The position numbers and the translations under genes are program-made. From a virus (Duplodnaviria; Caudoviricetes), in IMG/VR virus record IMGVR_UViG_2667527676_000002, positions 1 through 64,000 of that record: DNA of 64,000 bases; one strand, given 5' to 3'. Position 1 is the first letter of the stretch. Every line of letters starts with the position of its first letter. Below are positions 1-10,100 of this stretch, one piece after another. A model generated the notes under the pieces. The model worked only from the letters and a program-made list of their open reading frames with translations, was not told the origin of the DNA and did no database searches.

Positions 1-1701
1 TCAGTCCAATATTGCATCCAAATTTGAAAGAACAGTTGCAGTGAGCGGTGGAGATTTTAACAAGTCACGAGAGATGTCAGGATCAGGTAGTGCAGTTTTA
101 ACCAAAAGATCAAGCCGATCAAACCAGTCCCCATCATTACTGGAAAAAAGATTATATAAAGCCTCATTCTTAGTCCTACACCCCATTTCCCTATACTTGG
201 CACCGCAATACTTCGAGGCAGCAGTAATAATATGCCAGCGCAGTTTCGAGTACCTACCATCAAACCGCTTGTTGGATGTAAGCATTTTCAAGCGATAATG
301 GCTATAGCAAGCGGTATAGTAATCTTCTTCAGGCGCACCTTGAGCAAATACATCGCTTAGTAACTCCCCAGTTAATCTGTTTGGATAACGACTGGAAAGA
401 TCCGGACGCATCATAACGAGAGCCGCATAGCAACGTGCTGTTTCTCTCACATCGAAAATCCGTACGGGTGCAACATTCTCAGTTCTATACTGTCCTTTTC
501 GACGCTCAAAATAAATTCTATTAGCCTCCCCCGCCCCCCTAGCGTTAAAGTATTGTTCCAAATCACGCAACGAGTCTAATGTCGACACAAACTGTGCGTC
601 TTCAACCTTCGATTGCCTATTCGTAGCACGCACAATATCGTCAACAACTGAAGGCTCATCAGCCTCAATTAGCTTTATCATCAAGCTAACAGAGTTGTCG
701 ACTTGAGCATCCATAGATATAAGAATGTTAGAAGTCTGGCAACCATTTACAATTTGAAAATCTCGCACATAGATTTCTTGCCCAGCGGGCCTAACACTTG
801 ACGCTACTATAGTTACACCATTATTCATCAGACCAAATCTTGGCTTTTTCTCTTCATCACTTAGAGTTTCCGCTATCTCCGAATTCACCTCAACATCAAC
901 CCCAAGAAAGTCCCTAACATTCTCCTCAAAGAGCTTCTTTCTAGGACTGCCATTCTGATCTTTCAATATTGAGTCAATAAAACTACGTGCAGTGACTGTT
1001 GCTACATAAGCGTTATTTATATTGGGCGCCGCAGGAAAGGGAGCGTATCCTACAGTAGCCAATCGAGCTTCCATGGGGCCACCCGCCGAAAGCCACAGAT
1101 CATGTATTACCTCTCGGTGTGCCTTAAAAAAAATAGTTTCATTCGAATAACCTAATTTTTTGAGCGCAGCCTCTCCAACTTGAAAAGCTGCGTTGATTTC
1201 CACAGCATCTGTATCGGATGCTGCACTGAAGAAATAGACGTGGAGATTTGGTAGTCCACCAACAACCCTACCAATATTTTCAAAGACCTTTTTAAACATA
1301 TCTTTGAAGTCAGAAAGATAACGACTATGTGGTTGCGCAGGCGTCTCCGACAAGTAATCAACAACTGCAGCCACAAAAGAGTCAACCTCCTGCTTAGACC
1401 AACTCATCGACCTCTTTGCCTGAGTTAAAACTATCGTTACTTTATACTCACGACGAGTAGTCTTAAAAATCTCTTCCAGTTCCTCCACGGAAAATACTGC
1501 ACGATCATCAAGAAACAGAAGAGCTCCATCAATCCCAGGGTCAGCCCCTTCATACACTAAGTCACTAGCTTCAACGCTATCTCCAGAATACTTCGAAAAA
1601 GCGCAATAATTAACAAATGCCTCAAAATTTTTAGCTTCTTCGTAGGGAGCCCCAAAATCCCTGCAAAAATTATCAAAATAAGATCTAGTTACAAGATGCA
1701 C
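1..1701 (-). CDS. AIPR family (abortive infection phage resistance) protein
   Basis: Motifs LFEENVRDFLG, FGLMNNGVTIVA, FQIVNGCQTS, RATNRQS; AT-rich; GTG at 1701 follows AAGGAG (the ORF track starts at TTG 1731). Confidence 0.88.
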   Translation of the reverse strand: MHLVTRSYFDNFCRDFGAPYEEAKNFEAFVNYCAFSKYSGDSVEASDLVYEGADPGIDGALLFLDDRAVFSVEELEEIFKTTRREYKVTIVLTQAKRSMSWSKQEVDSFVAAVVDYLSETPAQPHSRYLSDFKDMFKKVFENIGRVVGGLPNLHVYFFSAASDTDAVEINAAFQVGEAALKKLGYSNETIFFKAHREVIHDLWLSAGGPMEARLATVGYAPFPAAPNINNAYVATVTARSFIDSILKDQNGSPRKKLFEENVRDFLGVDVEVNSEIAETLSDEEKKPRFGLMNNGVTIVASSVRPAGQEIYVRDFQIVNGCQTSNILISMDAQVDNSVSLMIKLIEADEPSVVDDIVRATNRQSKVEDAQFVSTLDSLRDLEQYFNARGAGEANRIYFERRKGQYRTENVAPVRIFDVRETARCYAALVMMRPDLSSRYPNRLTGELLSDVFAQGAPEEDYYTACYSHYRLKMLTSNKRFDGRYSKLRWHIITAASKYCGAKYREMGCRTKNEALYNLFSSNDGDWFDRLDLLVKTALPDPDISRDLLKSPPLTATVLSNLDAILD

Positions 1702-1811
1702 ATCATTCTCCTTATAAGGCTTTCTCGCCAAAACCTAGGATATCTTAGTAAAAGTCGCATAGATTATTCTCGTAATTACTAGATCTTATAAGATAGTAAC
1801 GTAGTCTACTC

Positions 1812-2075
1812 CTAATTCTTACAGGCCCTATTGGCGGCCACCAACTGGCCCTCGTACCCGATCCGTTGTCGGCGCTCAGCCAACAGTGCCCGTACCTTGG
1901 TCTGGAGATCATCGTTCTTCTTCAGACTAGCGGTTGCCCAGGCCGGCACATCCACCACCGGCACGCGGCACAGCACCCTCACCGGCACCTCCACCCGCAC
2001 CATGCGCAACTCGTCTTCTTGCCAGCCGGCGCATCCCGCTAGCACGACCATCACCAGTATCAGCACCACCTTCAT
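1812..2075 (-). CDS. o-spanin (Rz1-like lipoprotein)
   Basis: Lipobox VLAGC, last gene of the lysis cassette. Confidence 0.8.
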   Translation of the reverse strand: MKVVLILVMVVLAGCAGWQEDELRMVRVEVPVRVLCRVPVVDVPAWATASLKKNDDLQTKVRALLAERRQRIGYEGQLVAANRACKN

Positions 2076-2434
2076 AGCCCCAACTCCTGATCAATGACCA
2101 CCTCGACGGAGTGCTCACCGCCGGTACGCTCACGCAGCAGGCGATGCGCCGCGGCATACTCATCGCCGGCGCGCTTGCGCGCTTGCTCCATCGCCTGGGC
2201 GGCCTCTCTGGCGCGCTGCTCGCCGGCATGGCGCAGCGCGGCGACCTGCCTGCCCTGCTCCGCTACTGCGGCCTCCAAGCTCCCACGAGCGGAACGGCAG
2301 GCGGCCAGATCCGCCTGCGCGGCATCGAGCTGCGGACGATAGTGCCGCGCGCCGAACCAGACACCGCCGGCGGCGCCGAGACCAACTAGCAGCAGGCAGG
2401 CCAGCGTGATCGAGATCACGCGGGCCGAGATCAC
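2072..2434 (-). CDS. i-spanin (Rz-like)
   Basis: N-terminal TM helix plus coiled coil; GTG overlaps the endolysin stop. Confidence 0.8.
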   Translation of the reverse strand: MISARVISITLACLLLVGLGAAGGVWFGARHYRPQLDAAQADLAACRSARGSLEAAVAEQGRQVAALRHAGEQRAREAAQAMEQARKRAGDEYAAAHRLLRERTGGEHSVEVVIDQELGL

Positions 2435-3060
2435 GACAGCACCCTCTTCGCCCGCTCCCACAGCGCCATGCGCTCCGCCTGGCCGATGAGCCCACCGTTG
2501 ATCCGGCGGGTGATGGCGGCGAACTCGCCCCGGTCGGCCAGTTCGTTCAGGCCGTGCGTCGCCCACCACCAGGCGGCGGACAGCGCCGCCCACTCCGGTT
2601 GCTCAAGCAGTTCCGGCTCCGCTTCCAGCGGCTGGCCCAGCCCGGCGGCGGCAGCGCGATAGTTTGACCGGCCGGTGATCTGTAGCAGTCCGCGCCCGCG
2701 GTACCGCCAGCCGTCACCGGACGCCTCGTCTCCGTTGCCATTGCGCGAGGCATAGGTGTTGTTCGCGATAGCCTGCGGATGCCGCGCCAGGTTCAGGGCC
2801 AGAGCGTTCGGCTTGCCGTCGGCGCTGCGGTACCGGCTCGGCCAGGTCGCCGCCAGACCGCGCGCGCTGTAGTTGAGGCTCTCCACCAGCCGGGTCAACT
2901 GGCTGCTCTCGTGGCCGGCCTGGGCGAGGAACGCAGCAGCTCGCACAGGCGAAGTGATACCGAAGCGCGTCATCCCGCGATGCAGCGCACCAACAAAAAC
3001 GCCGGCTTGCGGGCCGGCGTTCGGAAATATCTGCAGCAGCTGCTGCTCGGTAATCAGCAT
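2431..3060 (-). CDS. Endolysin, glycoside hydrolase family 19
   Basis: AFLAQAGHES, YRGRGLLQITGRSNY, ITRRINGG motifs. Confidence 0.93.
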   Translation of the reverse strand: MLITEQQLLQIFPNAGPQAGVFVGALHRGMTRFGITSPVRAAAFLAQAGHESSQLTRLVESLNYSARGLAATWPSRYRSADGKPNALALNLARHPQAIANNTYASRNGNGDEASGDGWRYRGRGLLQITGRSNYRAAAAGLGQPLEAEPELLEQPEWAALSAAWWWATHGLNELADRGEFAAITRRINGGLIGQAERMALWERAKRVLS

Positions 3061-3155
3061 CGGTACTCTCCAGTAACGTTAATGCTCTGCTATCGGTAGG
3101 CGTGAAGGGGCTCCGGTTTGCTATCGTTCGTTTGCCAGGTAGGAGGCGAACCACG

Positions 3156-3503
3156 ATGAATAAACGGATGTTGCCCGGGCTGCGCGCCCATGTTGATCAG
3201 TTCTTGCGCGATGGCTGGTGGATCTCCGCACGCGATCCGCTCACCTTGAAACGCGGGGCAGACCGCCTGCAGTGCCTGGGCGGCATGCTGGTCGGCTCGG
3301 CTCAGTCAAACCTCGATATCGAACTGGGGGAGCTGCGGCGCCGGGCCGGTCACCAGGCCATCGCTGATGAACGCCATCTGCCCGGCCGGCACCGCCGTGC
3401 CCCGGGCCGCGATCACGACGTTGTTTCGCAGGCGGACGCGGCAGGTGCCGGCGCCCTCGTCGACGTCGATCACCTCCCCCACCGTGCGCGCGCCGCCCGG
3501 TAA
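3156..3503 (+). CDS. Small antisense moron protein (MNKRMLPG...)
   Basis: AGGAGG at 3141-3146 and extended -10 TGcTATCGT at 3119-3127; 3' part overlaps the tail gene on the opposite strand. Confidence 0.5.
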   Translation: MNKRMLPGLRAHVDQFLRDGWWISARDPLTLKRGADRLQCLGGMLVGSAQSNLDIELGELRRRAGHQAIADERHLPGRHRRAPGRDHDVVSQADAAGAGALVDVDHLPHRARAAR

Positions 3504-3542
3504 GAGCCCGATGAACCGACGCCAGGGGTTGACCGTCGCCAT
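3306..3542 (-). CDS. Small tail-module protein
   Basis: MATVNPWRRF...; translationally coupled to the upstream tail gene. Confidence 0.7.
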   Translation of the reverse strand: MATVNPWRRFIGLLPGGARTVGEVIDVDEGAGTCRVRLRNNVVIAARGTAVPAGQMAFISDGLVTGPAPQLPQFDIEV

Positions 3543-5302
3543 CAGGAACCTCCCGGATAGTGGCGCTCGATGCGCAGGGTCTGCCACACGCGGCTAGCCC
3601 CTACCCCCTCGGCCGAGATATCGGTGGCCAGGCAGAGCCCGCGCCAGGTCGCCTGTTCGTCCCTCACCTCGACCAGCATTCCAGGCTGCACCAGGCCCGG
3701 TACCCCATCATCCTTCTGGAACAGCGGGATACGCCGCGTCTCGATCGCCTGGTTGCCTCCCTTCGACAACTCGCAGATCCCGCGCGAGCGTGCCACCTCG
3801 GTGCCGGTCATCCAGTCCTCCATAACATCAGGCGCCGACTCCTCGCCGGCGGTACCGGCGCGCCGCACCTGCACGCTGACGCCGTAGCTGGTACCGCTGA
3901 CGTAGACGAAATTCCATGCCGGCTGGGGACTCCACTCGCTGCCCCACTCGGCGACGATGGCGGCCGGGATGATCCGGTCGGGAATCGCGGTGTCCCAGTA
4001 CCAGGTCGCCTCACGATACCGCGGCAGGATCGTCACCGAGTCGTCCATCAGGCCCGGACGGACGATGCCGCCGGCGACCTCGGCCAGCTTGACGATGACC
4101 TGCATCGGCGTCTGATCCTGATAGCTGAAGGCGCCGGCCGGCAGCGTCCAGTCCGGCGGCCCCATGTTCTCGACGTCCCAGGACACTGAAAAGCCGGTGT
4201 ACTGCAACTGGTCGTCGACAACCTGACGTGCGTTCAGCGGCGTCGTGTTCACCGCGCTGCGCTTCGGCGCATAGGGCGCGTCAAGCAGTTGGGTGCGGCT
4301 CGCGCCGCTGATGGTGTAGCGCTCGCTCGGATGCTTGCCGCTGCCGCTGTAACGCTCGACCAGAAACCGCCAGGTCCAGCCGTTGATCTCCAGTTCTACC
4401 GTCTTCGGCCCGTTGGCATCCGGCGCCGCCAGGTCCAGCGAGGTGCGACCGAACAGGTCAGCCGAGAACGACCAGGCGAACGAGTCGATATCCAGGCCGA
4501 TGCGAATGCTGGTCGCATCCAGCGGCGTGCGACTCGGCAGCACCACCAGGGTGACCGTGTTTCCTATCATGTAGGTCTCCAGTATCTCGGGCTCGGTGGG
4601 TGGATCTATCGGCACCACCGGCCCCGGATAGTCGGGGTAGACAATGCCCGTCGGCACCGGATCGGTCGGCCGCCCCCATGCCCAGGGAATCCGCCGCAAC
4701 GCATCGAAGCGGGCCGGGCTGCCGTAGCTGCTGCGCGCCCCGGCGTCCACCGGACGGACACCACGGACCGGCGCCACGTAGCGGAAGTCGAAGAACACGT
4801 CGGGCGTGTTCGCTGGGGTGTAGCGGGTCGGGCCGAAATTGAAGTCGAGCAGCCCGGTCGGGATGTAGAGACTGGCACGCCTCTCCGAGAGCGCATCGCG
4901 GAAGCGGTCGAACTCGGCCGAGCGCCGCCAGCCGGGTGGACGGCCGGCGTCCTTGGCCGCGGGGCGCGGGTTGTAGATCAGCGACAGGCGCCGATCACGC
5001 GGACGCAGCGTCCGATCCCAGCCTGGCTCGCGCTCGACGTCCAGCACCCGGGTGCTGTCCCAAGCGCTGCCGGCTGCCGCGCTGCGCTGCTCGGCGTACT
5101 CCCAGCCACTCCTCCAGCCCGCATCACGCACCGATACACCGGACCAGCCACTGGCGCAACGCCGTGCCAGTGGTCGGCCGGAGCCCCACAGCCCGCCGCT
5201 ACGCGCATCGGCAAGCACCAGGCGCTGCCAGCGCAGCGGGACGGCGCGCACGGAAAGCGGCGCCGCCCTCTGCCAGGGGGCACCGAAACTCGCATTGATC
5301 AT
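3542..5302 (-). CDS. Tail/baseplate hub-like protein
   Basis: MINASFGAPW start coupled to the upstream stop; position in tail module. Confidence 0.7.
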   Translation of the reverse strand: MINASFGAPWQRAAPLSVRAVPLRWQRLVLADARSGGLWGSGRPLARRCASGWSGVSVRDAGWRSGWEYAEQRSAAAGSAWDSTRVLDVEREPGWDRTLRPRDRRLSLIYNPRPAAKDAGRPPGWRRSAEFDRFRDALSERRASLYIPTGLLDFNFGPTRYTPANTPDVFFDFRYVAPVRGVRPVDAGARSSYGSPARFDALRRIPWAWGRPTDPVPTGIVYPDYPGPVVPIDPPTEPEILETYMIGNTVTLVVLPSRTPLDATSIRIGLDIDSFAWSFSADLFGRTSLDLAAPDANGPKTVELEINGWTWRFLVERYSGSGKHPSERYTISGASRTQLLDAPYAPKRSAVNTTPLNARQVVDDQLQYTGFSVSWDVENMGPPDWTLPAGAFSYQDQTPMQVIVKLAEVAGGIVRPGLMDDSVTILPRYREATWYWDTAIPDRIIPAAIVAEWGSEWSPQPAWNFVYVSGTSYGVSVQVRRAGTAGEESAPDVMEDWMTGTEVARSRGICELSKGGNQAIETRRIPLFQKDDGVPGLVQPGMLVEVRDEQATWRGLCLATDISAEGVGASRVWQTLRIERHYPGGS

Positions 5303-6159
5303 AGAGCCTCGACAGGAAAGGGCCCGTGGCTGAGCGGGCGGTAGTAACGCGTCGCCTGCAGACGGGCCGTGCCGACCTGGCGGCTGGGGTTGTCGCCCTC
5401 GATCGGCCACCACTCCGGCTCAGCCACCGGCAGCACCCCGGCCTCGGTCACCTCGTAGAGCCAGCCAGAGAAGATCGTCGGACGCACGCGCTGGCCCAGG
5501 CTGACGGCGAGACGCGGCTCGAACACCGCGCCCCAGTCATCCAGCCCCATCGCGTAAGTGGTCCCGCCGGCCGTCACCTCCAGGGGGATCTCGGCGCGCC
5601 CGGACTCGGCCGTCTGCCCCACGCCGGCCACCCGCCATTCGCCATCGAGCTTGCGCTCGATGACCACCACCTGGCGCGCGGCCGCACCGCCGTCGACCGT
5701 GACGACCGCCCGCACCTTCGCCGGGTCGGTCGGATCTCGACCGCCCGAGCCTTCGGTCAGGTCATAGGACAGCAGGCGCGTATCGGCATCGAGGACCGGC
5801 CAGCGAATGATCCCCAGGCGCGGGTCGCCTTCGTCGGTGACCTGGATCACGAACTGTCCGCGCAGGCCCGATGCCTCGAAGCGCTGCACCGTCTCGCCCT
5901 CGTAGACCTGGAAGGTCGCCGTCATCGCGGTCGCGGTGACCACCGTCCCGCGATACAGCGTGGCGATCTTGCGCGCCGGAGTCTCCTCCCCTTCGCGGGT
6001 GACCTTCACGGCGAGGGTCTGGTAGATCGCCTGCCCGGCCCCCGACCAGGCGACTGCCACCGGCGGGCGAAGGGTCTTCGGCCCAATGCCGAACCGCTGC
6101 AGCCAGGTATCGGGCCGGACCTGGACCGGCGGCACCACCTGCAGCATCAGCGCGCTCAT
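5299..6159 (-). CDS. Tail structural protein
   Basis: MSALMLQV start with ATGA overlap; tail-module synteny. Confidence 0.65.
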   Translation of the reverse strand: MSALMLQVVPPVQVRPDTWLQRFGIGPKTLRPPVAVAWSGAGQAIYQTLAVKVTREGEETPARKIATLYRGTVVTATAMTATFQVYEGETVQRFEASGLRGQFVIQVTDEGDPRLGIIRWPVLDADTRLLSYDLTEGSGGRDPTDPAKVRAVVTVDGGAAARQVVVIERKLDGEWRVAGVGQTAESGRAEIPLEVTAGGTTYAMGLDDWGAVFEPRLAVSLGQRVRPTIFSGWLYEVTEAGVLPVAEPEWWPIEGDNPSRQVGTARLQATRYYRPLSHGPFPVEAL

Positions 6160-7157
6160 GCTGGCCACCACGCCGGATCCACAGACAGGAACCAGAGCCC
6201 CCAGCGGTCCATATGCACATGGTAGGTCTTGCCATCCATCTGGACTGCCTCCGCCACCGCCGTTGCGCCCAGGGACAACCCCAGCCGCTCCAGCAGGTGT
6301 CCGTGGCGGTAATGGCCCAGGATCGGGTCGAAACACACACCCTTCAGGCGGCCGACGTAGTTCGCGCCGTTCGTCACATAGGGCTGCTGCATCCGCCAGT
6401 AGGGAGGGTTCTCTCCCTCCGTCCGGTCGTAGTAGGTGCTCTGATACTGCATCTGGTCCATCAGCGCTCCCACGCTGGGACCGCCACCCTGGATGATCTC
6501 TCCCGAGCGCTGGTCACGCAGCGAACTGAAGCCACTCCCGAAGGACCAGTTTCGGCTGTACCCCGTTGTGTTCTGGTACCCCTGGGCACCGCCGACGGCA
6601 ATAAACCCCTGAACGCCGGAGGCGCCGCTGAAGCTCTCGTACTGCCCGACGTAGAGGCCGAGCTGGTACGCCTCGCTCGTGTTTTCGTAACCGGTGGATT
6701 GGAGGACGCAGAAGATGAACGTCTCGGCGTCCGCACAGATCTGCCAGTACGTCGCATGGTTCCAGTACATGTACCCCAGGTAGATGACATGAGCGTCATT
6801 GCTGGTGGGATTGGTGTCCGCCGACCAGGTACGTGACCGCGTATTGACGCCCTTTGGGAGCGGAGTGCTGATATCCAGCATGCCCTCATGCACATAGACT
6901 GCGATGTAGTCGTTGACGCTGCCGCTACCGGTTAAGTGCCTGTAGAACGTCACCTGCGCGCAGTTGGACGCCGGGGCCAGGGTGATGGCGGTGTCGAACT
7001 CGCTTACCACGGTCCACCCTGCCGGTGGCTTGTTGCCGTAGCCATCGACCAGCGCCGCGCGCAAGTAGCTCTTGAGCTTCTGGAACGGCGTCACCGCCGA
7101 CGGGAAGAGCGCCGGTGGTGCGCCGGCGTCCCGATAGCTGTACTGTCGAGCGGTCAT
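6156..7157 (-). CDS. Virion/tail protein, possible receptor-binding protein
   Basis: 333 aa, beta-rich, LVDGYGNKPPAGW motif seen in Pseudomonas siphophage tail proteins. Confidence 0.65.
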   Translation of the reverse strand: MTARQYSYRDAGAPPALFPSAVTPFQKLKSYLRAALVDGYGNKPPAGWTVVSEFDTAITLAPASNCAQVTFYRHLTGSGSVNDYIAVYVHEGMLDISTPLPKGVNTRSRTWSADTNPTSNDAHVIYLGYMYWNHATYWQICADAETFIFCVLQSTGYENTSEAYQLGLYVGQYESFSGASGVQGFIAVGGAQGYQNTTGYSRNWSFGSGFSSLRDQRSGEIIQGGGPSVGALMDQMQYQSTYYDRTEGENPPYWRMQQPYVTNGANYVGRLKGVCFDPILGHYRHGHLLERLGLSLGATAVAEAVQMDGKTYHVHMDRWGLWFLSVDPAWWPA

Positions 7158-10100
7158 CAGTCCGCGTCTCCTCTGATCTGCAGGTGGAATTCATCGTCCT
7201 CGACGGTGCCCTTGCCGCTGAGTACCGTCCGCACGATCCACATCGGCCCCAGGCACGAGTCGGTGTTGAAGCGCACCGCGTTGCCGGCCGCCCAGCCACT
7301 GCCCCAGCCTTCCTTGCGGATGGTGAAGTACGGCGTGTTCGTCTCCGGGTTGATCGGCGCCGTGTCGGTGGTGGTAGTGCCGTTGGCGATGACCCCCAGC
7401 TTCTCCTCCACCACGCTGAAACTGGTCGAGGAGTTGAACACCAGCGCCCACTTCGCATCGATCGCACCGCGGTTGGCGATCAGCGGCGGATAGGCGAGGC
7501 TGTTGTAGTTGGCGGTGGTCCCGTCGCCCTTGGGCTCGTCGGTCCAGTTCGGCGAGCCGATATCCCAGGTCCGCTGGGTGAACCAGTGGTGCAGCCGCGC
7601 CTGCAGGTCGCCCCAGCTCAGCGCACTGGACGCCAGCGTTTCGCCCGCCGGCAGATCCCAGGGCAGCGGCGAGGAGATTCCCAACTCGCCGTTCACTTGG
7701 ACCTCGGTGCAGAGGGTCATGTGCTCGACCCGGTCACGCACCACCAGCGGCAGGGTCAGCGGGTTGCCCTCGGCATCCTGCAGGACCAGCGGGTTGGCCC
7801 ATGTCACCCGGCCGCGTTCCAGGTCGACGCTGTAGCCCGCCGAGGCCAGTTCCACCGCGTTGGCGTCCACCACCTTGATCTCGGCCTGCTGGTCGCGGCC
7901 GAGCTGCAGCACGCCGCCAGCTTGAGGACTCGGCAGCGTGGTCTCGGCGGTATGAGCAACCACCATCACGTCGCCCTCGCGGAACACTGGCACCCGCCCG
8001 TCCGCCGGCAGTCGCACCGGGTCCAGGCCCAGCAGGGTTGCGTCCAGCGGCAGAGAGGTGAAGACGACCGCGTTGTAGCGCAGCAGCAGCGGAATCACCG
8101 GGATATCGCTGGCCCCAGTGGTGTCCTCCAGATTGCTGGTGAAGCGCAGCCGGACGATGCCGGTCACGATATCGACGCTACCCTTGATCACCGCGCCATT
8201 GAGCTTACCGTTCGCGTCCGCCGTGGTGGTCACGATCTGCGCGGTATCCAGGCGAACCGCCGTCACCTGCAGGCTCGCAGAACGCAGCGGCGCCCCCGGC
8301 GTGCGGAAGGTCATGCTGGTGACGCTGAAGCCGGCGTTGGTGGTCAGACAGGCCAGCAGCGTGACCGTCGGCGCCGCCCCCGAGCCATAGGTATTCAGCG
8401 TCGCGGTACGGCCGGCGTAGTCCACCGAGCCGACGGCGATGCCGGCGTTGGTGCTGCTGTTGATGTTCTTGTAGAGCACACCGGAGCGGTCGACGTAGAC
8501 CTCGCCGGCCCAGGTGAACACCAGCGAGCCCGGCAGGATCGGCTCGGCCACACCAGGCAACAGGTCCAGGGTCACCGGAGCGACGGTCTGCGAATCGGTC
8601 TGCTCGCCGTACTCGACGCCGCGGCTCTGCGCGCGCACGCTCAGCGTGCCGCCGAACCCCTCCAGCAACGTGGTATCGGTGGCCACCAGGCGCAGCTTCT
8701 TCATGCCGAAGTTGTCGACCGTGTCGGTGTAGTAGGTGTACTCCTTGAACACGTAGTTGCCGGCCACCTTCAGGCTGAATTCGCCGGTCTCGTAGTTGAT
8801 CGTCCCGGCGCGCCCGGCCCAGCCGCCGGCGGCGTCGTCGGTCACCGAGTTGTCCACGGTGATCTCCGATTCGAAGATCGGCAGCGCCCCGGTGCCCATG
8901 TCAGCACCGAGGGTCGGTGCCGCCTGGCGACGCTTGGTGATCCACGATAGGCGCACGCTGCCCGCCTTGAGCGGCGCCCCGGGGAGAGTGCCGATGCACA
9001 TGCCGGTGCTGTCGGAGGTCACCGCCAGCGGGCTGTCGGTCACGCTGCCCTGCTGGTAGGTATGCACGATCCCACTCCCGGCATCCGGGGTGGCGCTCAA
9101 TTCCATGCTGACCTTGCCGTCGGCATAGTTGATCTGGCCGCTGCCACCGGTACCGCTGAGCGAGCCGTTGCCGCTATCGAGCACGGTGCGCTCTACCCCG
9201 CCGACCTTGAACGTCGCCTTGTAGGAGCCGGGCAACAGCCCCTGGTGCGGCAACGTCCGGTTGATCCGCGCGCGCGCCTGCACGCTGGTGCCGGTGCGCT
9301 GGGTCAGCGCCGCATCGTTCTGCCCGACGTAGGCGTAGATCAGCGAACTCCCCACGTCCGGCAGCGCGCTCAGGGTGATGGATACCGAGCCGGTCGCGAA
9401 GTCCACCGTGCCGGTGCCTTCCCCGGCCAATTCGCCGTTGCCCTGGTCGCGGATCTCCTGCCATTTGCCCAGGGCGAGGAACGAGACCACCAGGGTGCCC
9501 GGCTGGGGCGGCGCTTCGGACAGCGACAGGGTGTAGACGAAGCCGCGGTTGCCCAGTTCGATAGGGATCTCCCCGGTCACCGCTTCGCCCGTCGCCGCCG
9601 CGGCAGGCTGGTAGGTGGCGCTCGCTGTCCCGCTCCAGCCGCTGCCGGAGGCCGCCATCTCGATTGCGCCGCTCTCGTAGTCGACGGTACCGCTGGCAAT
9701 CCAGTTCGAACCGCTGATGTAGCGCAGGCCTCCCTTGCGGTCGTCGGCGAACACACCGCCGCCGGCGCTCAGCGACAGCGAACCCGGCGCGCAGCCGGTG
9801 CCGAGGAACGTCCGCGACCTGCCGCTGCCTATGTTCGCGACATTCAGGTTGACCGTCCGCGCCGGCCCGGCCGCAGCGAACAGGCGCCGCTGGTAGCCGG
9901 CCAGTTGGTCGACCAGCGCGTTTTCCCGGGTGGTACTGGGCACCAGTTGGGAATAGACCGACTTGACCCGCAGGCTCAGCGCGCCGCGGCTGACAGCCTC
10001 GGCCAGGGGGCTGATGCCGTAGTACCGCGCGGCATCGGCGACCTGGGTGCTGAGCACCTGGCTTTTCGGGCTGGTGGTGCCGCCTGGCGTCACCTGGCCG

